Virus record (IMG/VR): IMGVR_UViG_3300006029_000086
Coordinates: 1 to 24,598 of that record
Length of the DNA stretch: 24,598 bases
From: a virus
Lineage: Duplodnaviria > Caudoviricetes
Direction: 5' to 3' (one strand)
Made by a program: the position numbers and the translations under genes. Below are positions 15,861 to 24,598 of the stretch, piece after piece. The notes below the pieces were generated by a model. It ran no database searches. It worked only from the letters and a program-made list of their open reading frames with translations, and was not told where the DNA came from. Numbering within the stretch: position 1 is the first letter of the stretch; every line of letters starts with the position of its first letter.

Positions 15861-17596
15861 TGGCAGACGATAAAGTCAAGGGTGTATTAGGTCGTCTTGC
15901 TGACAGGTTCAGAAGAAGACGTACACCAGAACCTCAGATGCCTCTCTATACAACAGGTATCCAAGAACCAGTTGTTGTTCAAGGTATTACTATTCCAGCA
16001 CTGTATTCAGTCGCATCAGAGAATTTGATTCTACGTACAGTTTTGTCAACACTCAAGCAAGAAATATTCCGTCGTGGTTATTATTGGGACAAGGCATTTC
16101 ACCAAAAGTGTATACAATGCGAAAAAGAGTACGAACACGACGTTGACGCCTGTGTTGATTGTGGAGGAGAAGTTCGTCAGCCTGAACCAAGTGAAAAGGT
16201 ATATGCTCAGTGGCTTGTAGAACAGCGTAACTCGATGGAACAAACTTTTATGGATGTTTTGAGAGAGATTGAACAAGACCTCAACATTATGGACGATGCA
16301 TTCCTTATTCTTGTCAAAGAATACTATATCGACCCTGAAACAAACGAAGTTGCATTCTATCGTATCAAAGAAATTCTTCGTGGTGACCCTATCTTCATGC
16401 GTATTGTTGCAGACAAGCGGGGTGTACGTGGAGGTCGATACAAAGTATGCCCCCTCCATCGTACAGAAGTACGTGGTTACAGCGAAGGTCAGAAGCAGTG
16501 TGATACCTGCGGACACGATTTAGAAGACGTACACCACGTGAATACTGGCGGTGCTGGTAAAACGCAATACTATCTCAAGGGAGAAGTCATCCACGTCAGT
16601 AAATACAATCCATCGAAACTCTATGGCAAGTCACCTGTGTCAACACTATGGCGCCAAGCAATGACACTTACAGCAATGGACAATTACATGTACACTGCAT
16701 ACAGTAAGCGTCGTGTACCCCGTGGTTTGATTTCTATCACAACAGACAACCTTGAATCGATGAAGTCGTTTTGGAAGGGTGTTGACGAGAAACTTGAACG
16801 TGACCCTCACTACATCCCTAAGATTGGTATCGAAAGTCAAAGCGGACGTGGAGGCGTCAATTGGATTAAATTCATGGATACGATGGAAGAGATGCAATAC
16901 ATTGCTGTACGTGATGAAATGCGAACACGCATTGCTGCATTCTACGGTGTATCAAATGTGTTTATGATGGATACAGGTAAGTCAGGTGGACTGAACAACG
17001 AAGGTCTGCAAATTCTTGTCACCAATCGTGCAGTTGAATTTGGACACAAGGTGTATACCGACCATCTCTTTCCTCGACTCATGGAAGAAATGGATGTTCA
17101 TGACTGGAAACTCACCCTTTATCCAAACGAGGAAGAAGACGAAGTCACTCGACTACGACGTGACGAAATGGAAGTCAATATCGCACAACGGATGATGCAA
17201 CTTGGATTCAAGCCTGAACTCATCGAGGAAGGCGGACGTGATTTGAGATTTATCTACAAGCCTATGGAACCGGGTCAACCGGGTCAACCGGGTCAAGGTG
17301 GAGGTATGCCCGGAGGACCAATGCCAATGGCACAGCCCGGTGGCTTGCCAAGTCGTAACATGAATCCACAGATGGCAGGTGCGTTAGCAGGTCAAGCAAG
17401 CGCAGGCTTGAGAGCAGCACAAGGTCCAGCATCACAGCCCGGTGGAGAGGGGATGGGTATGCGTACTCCACGAGGACCTGCAAGTCCTCAAAACAGAACA
17501 TCGATGGGTTCAGGAGCACCGTTTTCAAGTGTCCAGCAACGAGGACCGCAAGGCAGTCCTCTCAGTCAAGCGATGAATAATATACGAAGATTCTGA
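15860..17596 (+). CDS. Portal protein (HK97-like) with Zn-ribbon insertions and a Pro/Gly/Gln/Met-rich tail
   Basis: DLNIMDDAFLILVK, EVIHVSKYNPSKLYGKSPV, VPRGLI, EMQY...RIAAFYGVS motifs; position downstream of terL. Confidence 0.9.
   Translation: MADDKVKGVLGRLADRFRRRRTPEPQMPLYTTGIQEPVVVQGITIPALYSVASENLILRTVLSTLKQEIFRRGYYWDKAFHQKCIQCEKEYEHDVDACVDCGGEVRQPEPSEKVYAQWLVEQRNSMEQTFMDVLREIEQDLNIMDDAFLILVKEYYIDPETNEVAFYRIKEILRGDPIFMRIVADKRGVRGGRYKVCPLHRTEVRGYSEGQKQCDTCGHDLEDVHHVNTGGAGKTQYYLKGEVIHVSKYNPSKLYGKSPVSTLWRQAMTLTAMDNYMYTAYSKRRVPRGLISITTDNLESMKSFWKGVDEKLERDPHYIPKIGIESQSGRGGVNWIKFMDTMEEMQYIAVRDEMRTRIAAFYGVSNVFMMDTGKSGGLNNEGLQILVTNRAVEFGHKVYTDHLFPRLMEEMDVHDWKLTLYPNEEEDEVTRLRRDEMEVNIAQRMMQLGFKPELIEEGGRDLRFIYKPMEPGQPGQPGQGGGMPGGPMPMAQPGGLPSRNMNPQMAGALAGQASAGLRAAQGPASQPGGEGMGMRTPRGPASPQNRTSMGSGAPFSSVQQRGPQGSPLSQAMNNIRRF
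17270..17296 (+). repeat. 9-bp tandem repeat x3 encoding PGQ
   Basis: ccgggtcaa x3 at the start of the portal low-complexity tail. Confidence 0.9.
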
Positions 17597-17632
17597 CAAA
17601 ACATTCAATACAATGGAGGTTATGGGATGCGT

Positions 17633-17974
17633 ATGGACCTAGCGAAGATGGACCCAATGGCTCGTAAAATGCGCTCACATGTTGATGCGTTTTTCAAAGC
17701 AATCGAAAACAACGACAGCGTATCTGCAAGTTCTCACATAGGTGAGGTTAGCAAGTACGCAGAATACCTTTCAGAAGACGTATCAAAAGCAATCATGAAG
17801 TCTGATACACCTTCAACTAACGGCGTCAACGACATCTATGCAGGCGGCGTACCAGTTCGTAAGTTCAATAGCATTCAAACTGTTCACGAAGCAACAACAC
17901 AAGTCTTGCCGGGTACTATCCGAACAAGCCGACGTGGGCCTATCATGCAGCGTCGAAACAACAGGAATCTCTGA
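17633..17974 (+). CDS. Hypothetical head-module protein (start 17627 or 17633)
   Basis: ORF after the portal; helical N-half, linker AIMKSD, basic C-terminus. Confidence 0.75.
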   Translation: MDLAKMDPMARKMRSHVDAFFKAIENNDSVSASSHIGEVSKYAEYLSEDVSKAIMKSDTPSTNGVNDIYAGGVPVRKFNSIQTVHEATTQVLPGTIRTSRRGPIMQRRNNRNL

Positions 17975-17983
17975 GGTGAAATA

Positions 17984-18364
17984 ATGAGCGAAGAAGTCGT
18001 AGAAGAGGGAGCGGCTGAGAAACTCATGGGTGCTCTTATCAACAAGATGGAGAGCATGGACCACAGTTTGTCACTTCTCAAAGCAGAAAACGTAGCACTC
18101 AAGAACATTGTAGCAGACCCTGCTGCACTTTTGAAGCGTGCTGGATTTATTCGACACGGGTCGAACAGTGCACCGATGGATATTATGCCTGACCTGTTCC
18201 GTGGAGACTCACAATATGATATTCTAAAGAACGAATCCGACAGTGGAGTACCGTTGCCTGAAACCAACGCAGACTTCCACGCTATGGATTGGTCGGATAT
18301 TCATCGCCTTGCAGAAGAATCGAAAGGTAACGGAAACATAGGCAACAACATGGGAATGGAGTGA
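17984..18364 (+). CDS. Hypothetical coiled-coil protein (scaffold-like)
   Basis: GAGGTGA RBS; heptads LINKMESMDHSLSLLKAENVALK; acidic C-terminus. Confidence 0.75.
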   Translation: MSEEVVEEGAAEKLMGALINKMESMDHSLSLLKAENVALKNIVADPAALLKRAGFIRHGSNSAPMDIMPDLFRGDSQYDILKNESDSGVPLPETNADFHAMDWSDIHRLAEESKGNGNIGNNMGME

Positions 18365-18368
18365 TAAC

Positions 18369-18749
18369 ATGCGACCAAGATACGAACCTAGAAGTTCAAA
18401 GATTGACCAACTAATGAAAGCAGCGAAAGAAGTCGAGAACCGACTTATCACTAAAGAGCAAGGTGTTACCTTCCAGCAAAAAGAAGGAACAGCATTGGGC
18501 GATGTCCAGTTCCATTCACAAGTCGGTGGAGAGACTGGTGTTCAAAACCAATACTACTCGACCAACCAACGACTCATTGATGTCGAAGATGTCAAGAACA
18601 AGGGCGCAATTTCAGAGAAGAGCGACATACTCGATAAGAATCCGTACTATCCTACAGCCCTTTCAACACTTGCAGGTCACTTTGTAGATGGTGGCGGTGA
18701 AGCGCAGTCTCTCAAAAAGGCTTTAGAAACTCGACTCAACCGCCAATGA
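18369..18749 (+). CDS. Hypothetical protein
   Basis: GGAGTGA RBS; tightly packed in the operon. Confidence 0.75.
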   Translation: MRPRYEPRSSKIDQLMKAAKEVENRLITKEQGVTFQQKEGTALGDVQFHSQVGGETGVQNQYYSTNQRLIDVEDVKNKGAISEKSDILDKNPYYPTALSTLAGHFVDGGGEAQSLKKALETRLNRQ

Positions 18750-18763
18750 ATGGCGGTGATTGA

Positions 18764-21700
18764 GTGACTATTCCGAATCCCAGTGATGGTAACCAAGTCG
18801 TTGACCCCGCACGACAACAGGGCGGTCAATACAGCGATGAACAAGAATCACTTGGAATCGTTGACCCGATGACCGAGCGCTATGCCGCTGGTTTAGAAGA
18901 AGCACCCAAAAACATTTCAGAATCATTTCCGGGTCAGTACCCTGAGGTTGGTCGTATAAGACAACCTCAAAACGTCGACCACATAGGTCAGGATTGGTTG
19001 CACCAACAGATACTGCCTGCTACAAGAGCACACGAAGGAACAGCCAGTGAACATTTTGGCGACATGTCGATGTATCACCCTGACGTTGCGCCGCTTTGGG
19101 ATGAGCGTACAGTCAACAATGGTGTCGATATGCCTGCATGGTCAGAGCGTTTAGATTCATTTGCACGAAACGGTGTATCGAGAGTACACGATGCAAAAGA
19201 AAGAGCACATCGAAAGCACTATCCTGATTCTGCTCTATACACATATGGTATGTATGGACCTCACAACACACACGTTACACAGCATGAATTGTATGAAAGA
19301 AGTTACAACAATTGGCTACAGAGTGAAGAGGGGCAGGGTTTTTCTAAAGATTTAGATGAAGGTGGTATACATGGTGCTGAACAACAAAGGTATCTTCGAC
19401 ATTATCATTTAGGCTCAACACAAGAATCGTGGATGGACGATGACACTCACGAAGAAACAGGTCGACGAAAAGGCTTGGGCGAGATGGATTACTATCTCGG
19501 CCTTGAGTGGCTCACACCCGGCGAACGTGCTAAGGTGTACAGACACATCAAGGAACACGGCTTCCACGACAAAAACAATTACACCATCAGCGACATTCAC
19601 GTAGGCGACAAGCCTCTTTCGATGGGTCGACTCGTTTCTAATTATCACCAGCGATACGCACCAGTATTCAATCATCACACTCGTGACCCTGACGCTACAG
19701 GTCAAGCATTCGCAGTTGGTATGATACCCGGTGGCTCAACTCAAAAGATGAATCCGAGCACACTTTATGAAGATTTAGAAAACAGTGAACTTGGGAAGAA
19801 ACTTCGTAGATATTATGAGGACTTCGACGACGAGGTCGAGTACCTTCCGAGATTTGCAGAAAATGGTTTCAAGCCGGGTACCGAACCTACGATGGATTTG
19901 CGTGGCATACATGCTCTCGCAGGTGTGAAGGCAGGTGCCGACGGTAATCTCACATTCCACAAAAAAGGCGAATCCCCGCATTATGGTGAAGGCTGGACAG
20001 GTGACCACGATTGGACAATTCAAGAAGTCGAAGATTTCTTAGAGCCGCATTTGCATATGCAAAAAGCACAAGGTGCAGGTCGAATCGCTCGTAATCACAT
20101 ACAGATGTACACCTCACCTCACCTCTTGACAGAAGGCGAAGGTGCACATCCTGAGTCGTACACATTAGGCGAATCAGAATCACTCGCACATCACTGGTCA
20201 GTTCCCTTTGAAGGCAGAGGTGGTTTGGGTAAGACACACACAACGAAGTTGGATATGATGCACCAGTCTCTTTTACTGGAAGGAGAATATGACGGACTGC
20301 TCGGTCGTAAGCAGGCGAGACAAGACGTGTTCAGTGGACGACCGCTTCCATCGGGGGAGGCTTTAGAGACGAAGGGTGGTGAAGTGCTAAACCTGCACAG
20401 TAAGGTCAGCGGTTTGCTCGCTCCGTTCTATCCGCCTATATCTGAACTTGGAGAAGCACGTCGTGCAATCAAACGAAGAAACCAAGTCGAAATGACGTCT
20501 GTGTCGGAGATTGACCCTACTGCTGGTTTTATCGCATCGCTTTCTCCACACAATACGTTCATATCGGGTACAGGTGCTTTAGCCAATGCAAAAGTCAATC
20601 AAGGTTTGCAGGGCACTACTCATTCGCCTGAACATCACAACAAACTATACAGGCAATCGTTAGCGGCAGGTCGCACAGAAGGTACAAGTAAGTTGAAAGA
20701 TTTACGTAACGAAGTAGGTGGATTTGGGGTATCACAAAGATTTACACACGGTATAGGTCACGCATTTGGACAGGCCGTAGAAGATGGTAAATTAAAGCGG
20801 GACGGTGATGTTTCTCACCAAGCCATAAAACTGGTCGGTATGATTGGCGGATTGAACAACCCTGCTATGCCTGCTCAATACGATGTTAGTGCTCCTCATC
20901 AGTTACCGTATGAGGCAAAACTGCCGATTAGCAGAGAAGATTACGACCTGCGTCAGCAAACACATACCGACCGCTACGAACAAAATAAAAACAAGTTGGC
21001 TGAACTTGATGAAATACTTAGAAATATGGAAACCAACATGAGTCCAGAAGAAAGACTTACCATGGAACGCTCTCTTCAAAGTTTAGAAACACGTCCACTT
21101 CGTGAGAATGAAGTTAGGTACAAATCATTACGTTCCCAAAGGGAAGCATTGGATGAAAAAACTCATGAATATGATGAAGCCGAAGAGGAATTGAATAAAT
21201 TATTTGAAGAACGAGAATTGCTTCCAGAAGGCAGTGAAGGACGTGACCACCTTGACCATCTAATTGATGAACAAAGTGAAGTGTTAAGAGAGATAGGTCG
21301 AAAACACTACGGTTCTAATTCAAGAGGTCAAAAGAAGGTTGACGTCGACGAAACACATCACAAGCAAGTCTCAGGCCATCACGAAGCAATCGCACAGATG
21401 GCTGAGAAGATTGGTGAAGAGATTGAAAAGCAAATGCCTGAATTGTATTCAATGGTGCATCCTGACACTATGGCTGCTTGGAAAATGTTTGCAGCCAATA
21501 AGTATCTTGCTGAACAGGACTCAGAGCATCACAATTTGACCGCTCCAGTAGCAGGTCACGAAGTAGTTGACTCGGAACTAAAAGGTGCGACGGATAACAG
21601 CCATGATGCTATATCTTACAATGTACATGAAAACGGCCATGAAATCAATTCGGATATGAGCAAAGATGATGTTGCTAAGTTGTTGTTTGGTGATGACCCT

Positions 21701-24163
21701 AAGCCGTATCAGATTCGTATGGCGAAAGATTTGCTAAGGAAAGTTAAGAAAAGAGGCAAACCACTCAAAGCAATGTCAATGATGGACTTGTCAGGTCGTA
21801 TGGCTGAATCAGGCGACAAACACTTCTCAGGCATGAAAGCACTTGGTCATGAGAAGGTTCTTGAGGACTTGGTTAGTTTCAAGCGACACAAGCCTGATTA
21901 CGATAATGACCCTTCGTACACTGTACCTACGAAGCGTACGGTCCCTCCATCGGGTGGTAGAAGTAAGAACTCACACCCTACTGCTAAAGACATTAGTAGA
22001 AGTCATGCATACAGAGCAGCACAGCGGGTTCATGCAGCGTTGTCTACACACAAAACAAAAGTTGCTTTGGGAGAAAGGTCATTAGAGATTTTAACTCCAT
22101 CAGAGCATAATCAAGAAGATTTGAAAGGTAAATTTAGAAATGAAACCTTGGGTTACGACATCAGCGATAAGCCAAACGAGTTGAAAAATGAAGCAACGCT
22201 TCATGACATGGTCAACCATCTTCATGGTATTATGGTAACAGATGCAGACGAATATGACGCATCAAAGGTCATTGATACAGAAAACAAACCAACACTGCTC
22301 CACAAACCAATCGGTCGAGCAGGTCACCCTAAGACAAAGGCCAGCATCATGTCGATGTTCAATTCCGATGGCCTGCGAGGAAATTTTGGTCACGTTCACG
22401 AAATACCGTTCCGTATGCACGTTGACAAGAGGACAGGTCAAATGTCGTTCAAGCAACGTGACACTCCTAAGAAGATGAGGCTGATGACGCCAAACGAGAA
22501 CACAATACGCAGAATCATGCCTGACCATCTTTTGGGACAATTAGGCACATCTGAATTCCGCACCAACCCTTTTCAATTGCTACCCCCAGCGATACGTGTG
22601 AACAGAGTAGGTCAACCGTTTATGGACACTGCTTCGGCATTCCACACGAAAATGGATGGACCCGCACTGCTTGCATCGTTGACGAACCCTGATTATATCC
22701 GTAAGGATATGCCTGAGGGCTTGCCATCACTGCAACCGATGCATCGAATCTTTGACATCGATGACCTTGAACACTTACGTGGTTTCACAGGCGACTGGAT
22801 TGTAAGCGCATATCCCGAAGGCAAGCGAATGTTCGTTACTAAGAAAGACGACGATGTCGAGAGTAAGGGTTCGCTTACTGATGAAGAAAAGAAAGCATTC
22901 AAGCAGGTGTCTGACAAAGACTTCGTTGTCGATGTCATCCGTACAGACAAAGGACTCTACATCTTTGAAGTCGTAGAGTTCGACGACAAAGAGGTACACG
23001 ACATACCGATTCAGGACAGAATCAAACTCTTGCGTGGTGCACTGGAAAGCGTCGAAGGTATCGATGCACCAAGCGCATCCGACACAAAACTCACAGATGA
23101 CGTAGGGCTGGCTGACGCTATCAAGAACATTGACAGCGACCGTGTTATTCTACGTGATGCTAAATCCACATACATGAAAGGAGAGGCTCGTCATCCTAAG
23201 TGGGTCTTGTACCAGAAAGGCAACGATGTCACACTCATGGTTCTTGAGCGGCGAGGCGAATCACCCTACGTGTATCGACTCGGTACAGGTCCAATCATAC
23301 ACGGAGAGGACTTAGGTGACCGAGCGGTCAAGATTGAAGATGACATATACATGGACATCGGAGCCTCGTTCAATTCGCCTGACAAGTACGAAGTTGGAGA
23401 CTATGTCAAAGTCAACGTATCGAATGTAACAGAAGGCCACGCATCTGAGAATCAGAAGGTGTATACCGTACACGCACCTCAAATCGAAGGTGAGGCGGAA
23501 GGCGAACCACTCGTTAGTACAGAGAGTCTTGCTATGTTAGCAAAGGCCGACTTCGACCAAAGTCCACTCAGTATCTATAGAAGTGACAGACACATCCGAG
23601 TTTCGTTTGAAGCAGGTGACGTTCTATACAAGGCTACGACACGTGGTCAGTATTGGACTGTACACACACCTGTAGCAGACAATGGTTATCTTATTCGTTT
23701 GGCTGAAAGCCAGCGACCCTTCTGGTCACCTGTTGCTGGTGTTATGCTCAAAGGTGACTTCTCTATAGAAGAACGTGAGGATAAGGCCGAAGTACACGAA
23801 AGCAAGAACGACGGCAAGCCGCTCATACCTCCGAAGAAGATTGAAGGTACTGGTACGTGGGACAAAGAGAAAGTCAAAGTCATGAAGAAGAGTGCTGAAC
23901 TCCTTGAGAAATTGTTAGCGAAGAGTGGTATAGGTCAAGTAGGTATGTCATCGGCTGGTCCTAAAGGACTTGGTATAGACGTAGGCACACCTATACAGTC
24001 ACCTACAGGGCCTACAAACCCTGATGATGCGAAAACTATGCCTGACTATGATGTTCGTGATGTTGAGCGTGAAAAGAAGGATAAGGAAGAAGAATCGAAG
24101 GACGTCGAAGAAGTCGATAGTAAGTTAGAACTTACAGAGGACAAGGCTGTATACCATATCTGA
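18764..24163 (+). CDS. Giant 1799-aa protein: His-rich N-terminal region plus degenerate ATP-dependent DNA ligase-like adenylation and OB domains
   Basis: GTG start after GGCGGTGA. WIVSAYPEGKR (motif I-like), YIFEVVEFDDKEVHDIPIQDRIKLL (IIIa), VILRDAKSTYMKGEARHPKWV (IV/V), followed by an OB-like beta region. Confidence 0.8.
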   Translation: MTIPNPSDGNQVVDPARQQGGQYSDEQESLGIVDPMTERYAAGLEEAPKNISESFPGQYPEVGRIRQPQNVDHIGQDWLHQQILPATRAHEGTASEHFGDMSMYHPDVAPLWDERTVNNGVDMPAWSERLDSFARNGVSRVHDAKERAHRKHYPDSALYTYGMYGPHNTHVTQHELYERSYNNWLQSEEGQGFSKDLDEGGIHGAEQQRYLRHYHLGSTQESWMDDDTHEETGRRKGLGEMDYYLGLEWLTPGERAKVYRHIKEHGFHDKNNYTISDIHVGDKPLSMGRLVSNYHQRYAPVFNHHTRDPDATGQAFAVGMIPGGSTQKMNPSTLYEDLENSELGKKLRRYYEDFDDEVEYLPRFAENGFKPGTEPTMDLRGIHALAGVKAGADGNLTFHKKGESPHYGEGWTGDHDWTIQEVEDFLEPHLHMQKAQGAGRIARNHIQMYTSPHLLTEGEGAHPESYTLGESESLAHHWSVPFEGRGGLGKTHTTKLDMMHQSLLLEGEYDGLLGRKQARQDVFSGRPLPSGEALETKGGEVLNLHSKVSGLLAPFYPPISELGEARRAIKRRNQVEMTSVSEIDPTAGFIASLSPHNTFISGTGALANAKVNQGLQGTTHSPEHHNKLYRQSLAAGRTEGTSKLKDLRNEVGGFGVSQRFTHGIGHAFGQAVEDGKLKRDGDVSHQAIKLVGMIGGLNNPAMPAQYDVSAPHQLPYEAKLPISREDYDLRQQTHTDRYEQNKNKLAELDEILRNMETNMSPEERLTMERSLQSLETRPLRENEVRYKSLRSQREALDEKTHEYDEAEEELNKLFEERELLPEGSEGRDHLDHLIDEQSEVLREIGRKHYGSNSRGQKKVDVDETHHKQVSGHHEAIAQMAEKIGEEIEKQMPELYSMVHPDTMAAWKMFAANKYLAEQDSEHHNLTAPVAGHEVVDSELKGATDNSHDAISYNVHENGHEINSDMSKDDVAKLLFGDDPKPYQIRMAKDLLRKVKKRGKPLKAMSMMDLSGRMAESGDKHFSGMKALGHEKVLEDLVSFKRHKPDYDNDPSYTVPTKRTVPPSGGRSKNSHPTAKDISRSHAYRAAQRVHAALSTHKTKVALGERSLEILTPSEHNQEDLKGKFRNETLGYDISDKPNELKNEATLHDMVNHLHGIMVTDADEYDASKVIDTENKPTLLHKPIGRAGHPKTKASIMSMFNSDGLRGNFGHVHEIPFRMHVDKRTGQMSFKQRDTPKKMRLMTPNENTIRRIMPDHLLGQLGTSEFRTNPFQLLPPAIRVNRVGQPFMDTASAFHTKMDGPALLASLTNPDYIRKDMPEGLPSLQPMHRIFDIDDLEHLRGFTGDWIVSAYPEGKRMFVTKKDDDVESKGSLTDEEKKAFKQVSDKDFVVDVIRTDKGLYIFEVVEFDDKEVHDIPIQDRIKLLRGALESVEGIDAPSASDTKLTDDVGLADAIKNIDSDRVILRDAKSTYMKGEARHPKWVLYQKGNDVTLMVLERRGESPYVYRLGTGPIIHGEDLGDRAVKIEDDIYMDIGASFNSPDKYEVGDYVKVNVSNVTEGHASENQKVYTVHAPQIEGEAEGEPLVSTESLAMLAKADFDQSPLSIYRSDRHIRVSFEAGDVLYKATTRGQYWTVHTPVADNGYLIRLAESQRPFWSPVAGVMLKGDFSIEEREDKAEVHESKNDGKPLIPPKKIEGTGTWDKEKVKVMKKSAELLEKLLAKSGIGQVGMSSAGPKGLGIDVGTPIQSPTGPTNPDDAKTMPDYDVRDVEREKKDKEEESKDVEEVDSKLELTEDKAVYHI

Positions 24164-24171
24164 TTATATAG
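24163..24171 (+). promoter_or_regulatory. TATA box of the protease (capsid) operon
   Basis: ATTATATAG lying about 24-30 nt upstream of the ATGs at 24194/24200. Confidence 0.5.
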
Positions 24172-24193
24172 AATGACGGATGTAAGGGATAGC

Positions 24194-24598
24194 ATGGTCA
24201 TGGCATCGCCACTACAAACCTCTCGTTTTGAGAGCAGTGGAACCCTATCGCTTTTGAAGAGCGACCGTGACCTCGTTATTGCAGGTTACGCAAGCGTTGA
24301 GATGGTCGACAAGCAAGGTGACCTTATCACAACAAACGCACTTAAGGGTGCATTTGACGGTTTTATGAAAGCGGAAGGATTCCGCAACGTACAACTCGCA
24401 CACTCCAACATTCAAGTTGGAAGTGTTATTCCAGAGTACACTGACAGCAGTGGACGACTTTGGAAGTCTGGTGTCGATGACGCTGGACTCTTTGTTGTCA
24501 TCCAAGTACGTGATGACATCGAAAAGGCTCGTGAAGTAGCCAATGAAATTCGCAAAGGCGCCCTTAGGGGTTTCAGTATCGGTGGACAAGCATTCAAG
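24194..24598 (+). CDS. Prohead (capsid maturation) protease, HK97 family, 3'-truncated
   Basis: My translation: MVMASP...SLLKSDRDLVIAGYASVEMVDKQGDLI...VQLAHSNIQVG...GLFV...IRKGALRGFSIGGQAFK, with catalytic His (LAH) and Ser (GFSIG). Not listed in the ORF track. Confidence 0.92.
   Translation, partial: MVMASPLQTSRFESSGTLSLLKSDRDLVIAGYASVEMVDKQGDLITTNALKGAFDGFMKAEGFRNVQLAHSNIQVGSVIPEYTDSSGRLWKSGVDDAGLFVVIQVRDDIEKAREVANEIRKGALRGFSIGGQAFK

Noticed and set aside
22720-23490. Annotation as an active DNA ligase
   Set aside because: The motif I Lys and the motif III, IV and V catalytic residues are not present.
101-23883. Numerous short alternative-frame and antisense ORFs in the ORF track
   Set aside because: They are nested in longer coupled + strand genes and lack RBSs or recognisable motifs.
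24245-24597. Minus-strand ORFs 24245-24589 and 24412-24597
   Set aside because: They are shadows of the + strand prohead protease, which has clear catalytic motifs.
1-24598. CRISPR array, tRNA/rRNA, integrase/transposase, reverse transcriptase or DGR
   Set aside because: No regularly spaced repeats or recognisable motifs, and intergenic gaps are too short. The tag repeats differ at synonymous positions rather than specifically at adenines, so they are not DGR TR/VR pairs.

Overview
Dense, almost entirely + strand coding region from a tailed (head-tail) dsDNA virus, covering its packaging and head-morphogenesis module. Recognisable genes are a putative small terminase, the large terminase, an HK97-type portal and the start of an HK97-family prohead protease (cut off by the window end and missing from the ORF track). 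Archaeal-type GGTGA/GGAGG ribosome-binding sites, TATA-like boxes about 25 nt before apparently leaderless ATGs and the gene content point to an archaeal virus, most plausibly a magrovirus-like virus of marine Group II Poseidoniales (inference, not verified by a search). Two systems stand out. (1) A short peptide tag, (TGE)PM(D/E)xA(W/F)xx(L/I)(L/M/I)K, recurs in at least six otherwise unrelated proteins, and Lys-containing linkers separate protein modules; this suggests a capsid-targeting plus protease-cleavage address label for internal virion cargo. (2) A compact six-gene cassette (3652-7093) is built around a viral Arf/Rab-like small GTPase and several small membrane proteins, a candidate membrane-remodelling or egress system. 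Also present are a 1799-aa protein with a catalytically degenerate DNA-ligase fold, a LAGLIDADG-domain fusion protein, a HiPIP-like mini protein, Zn-ribbon insertions in the portal and a frameshift at an A9 run.
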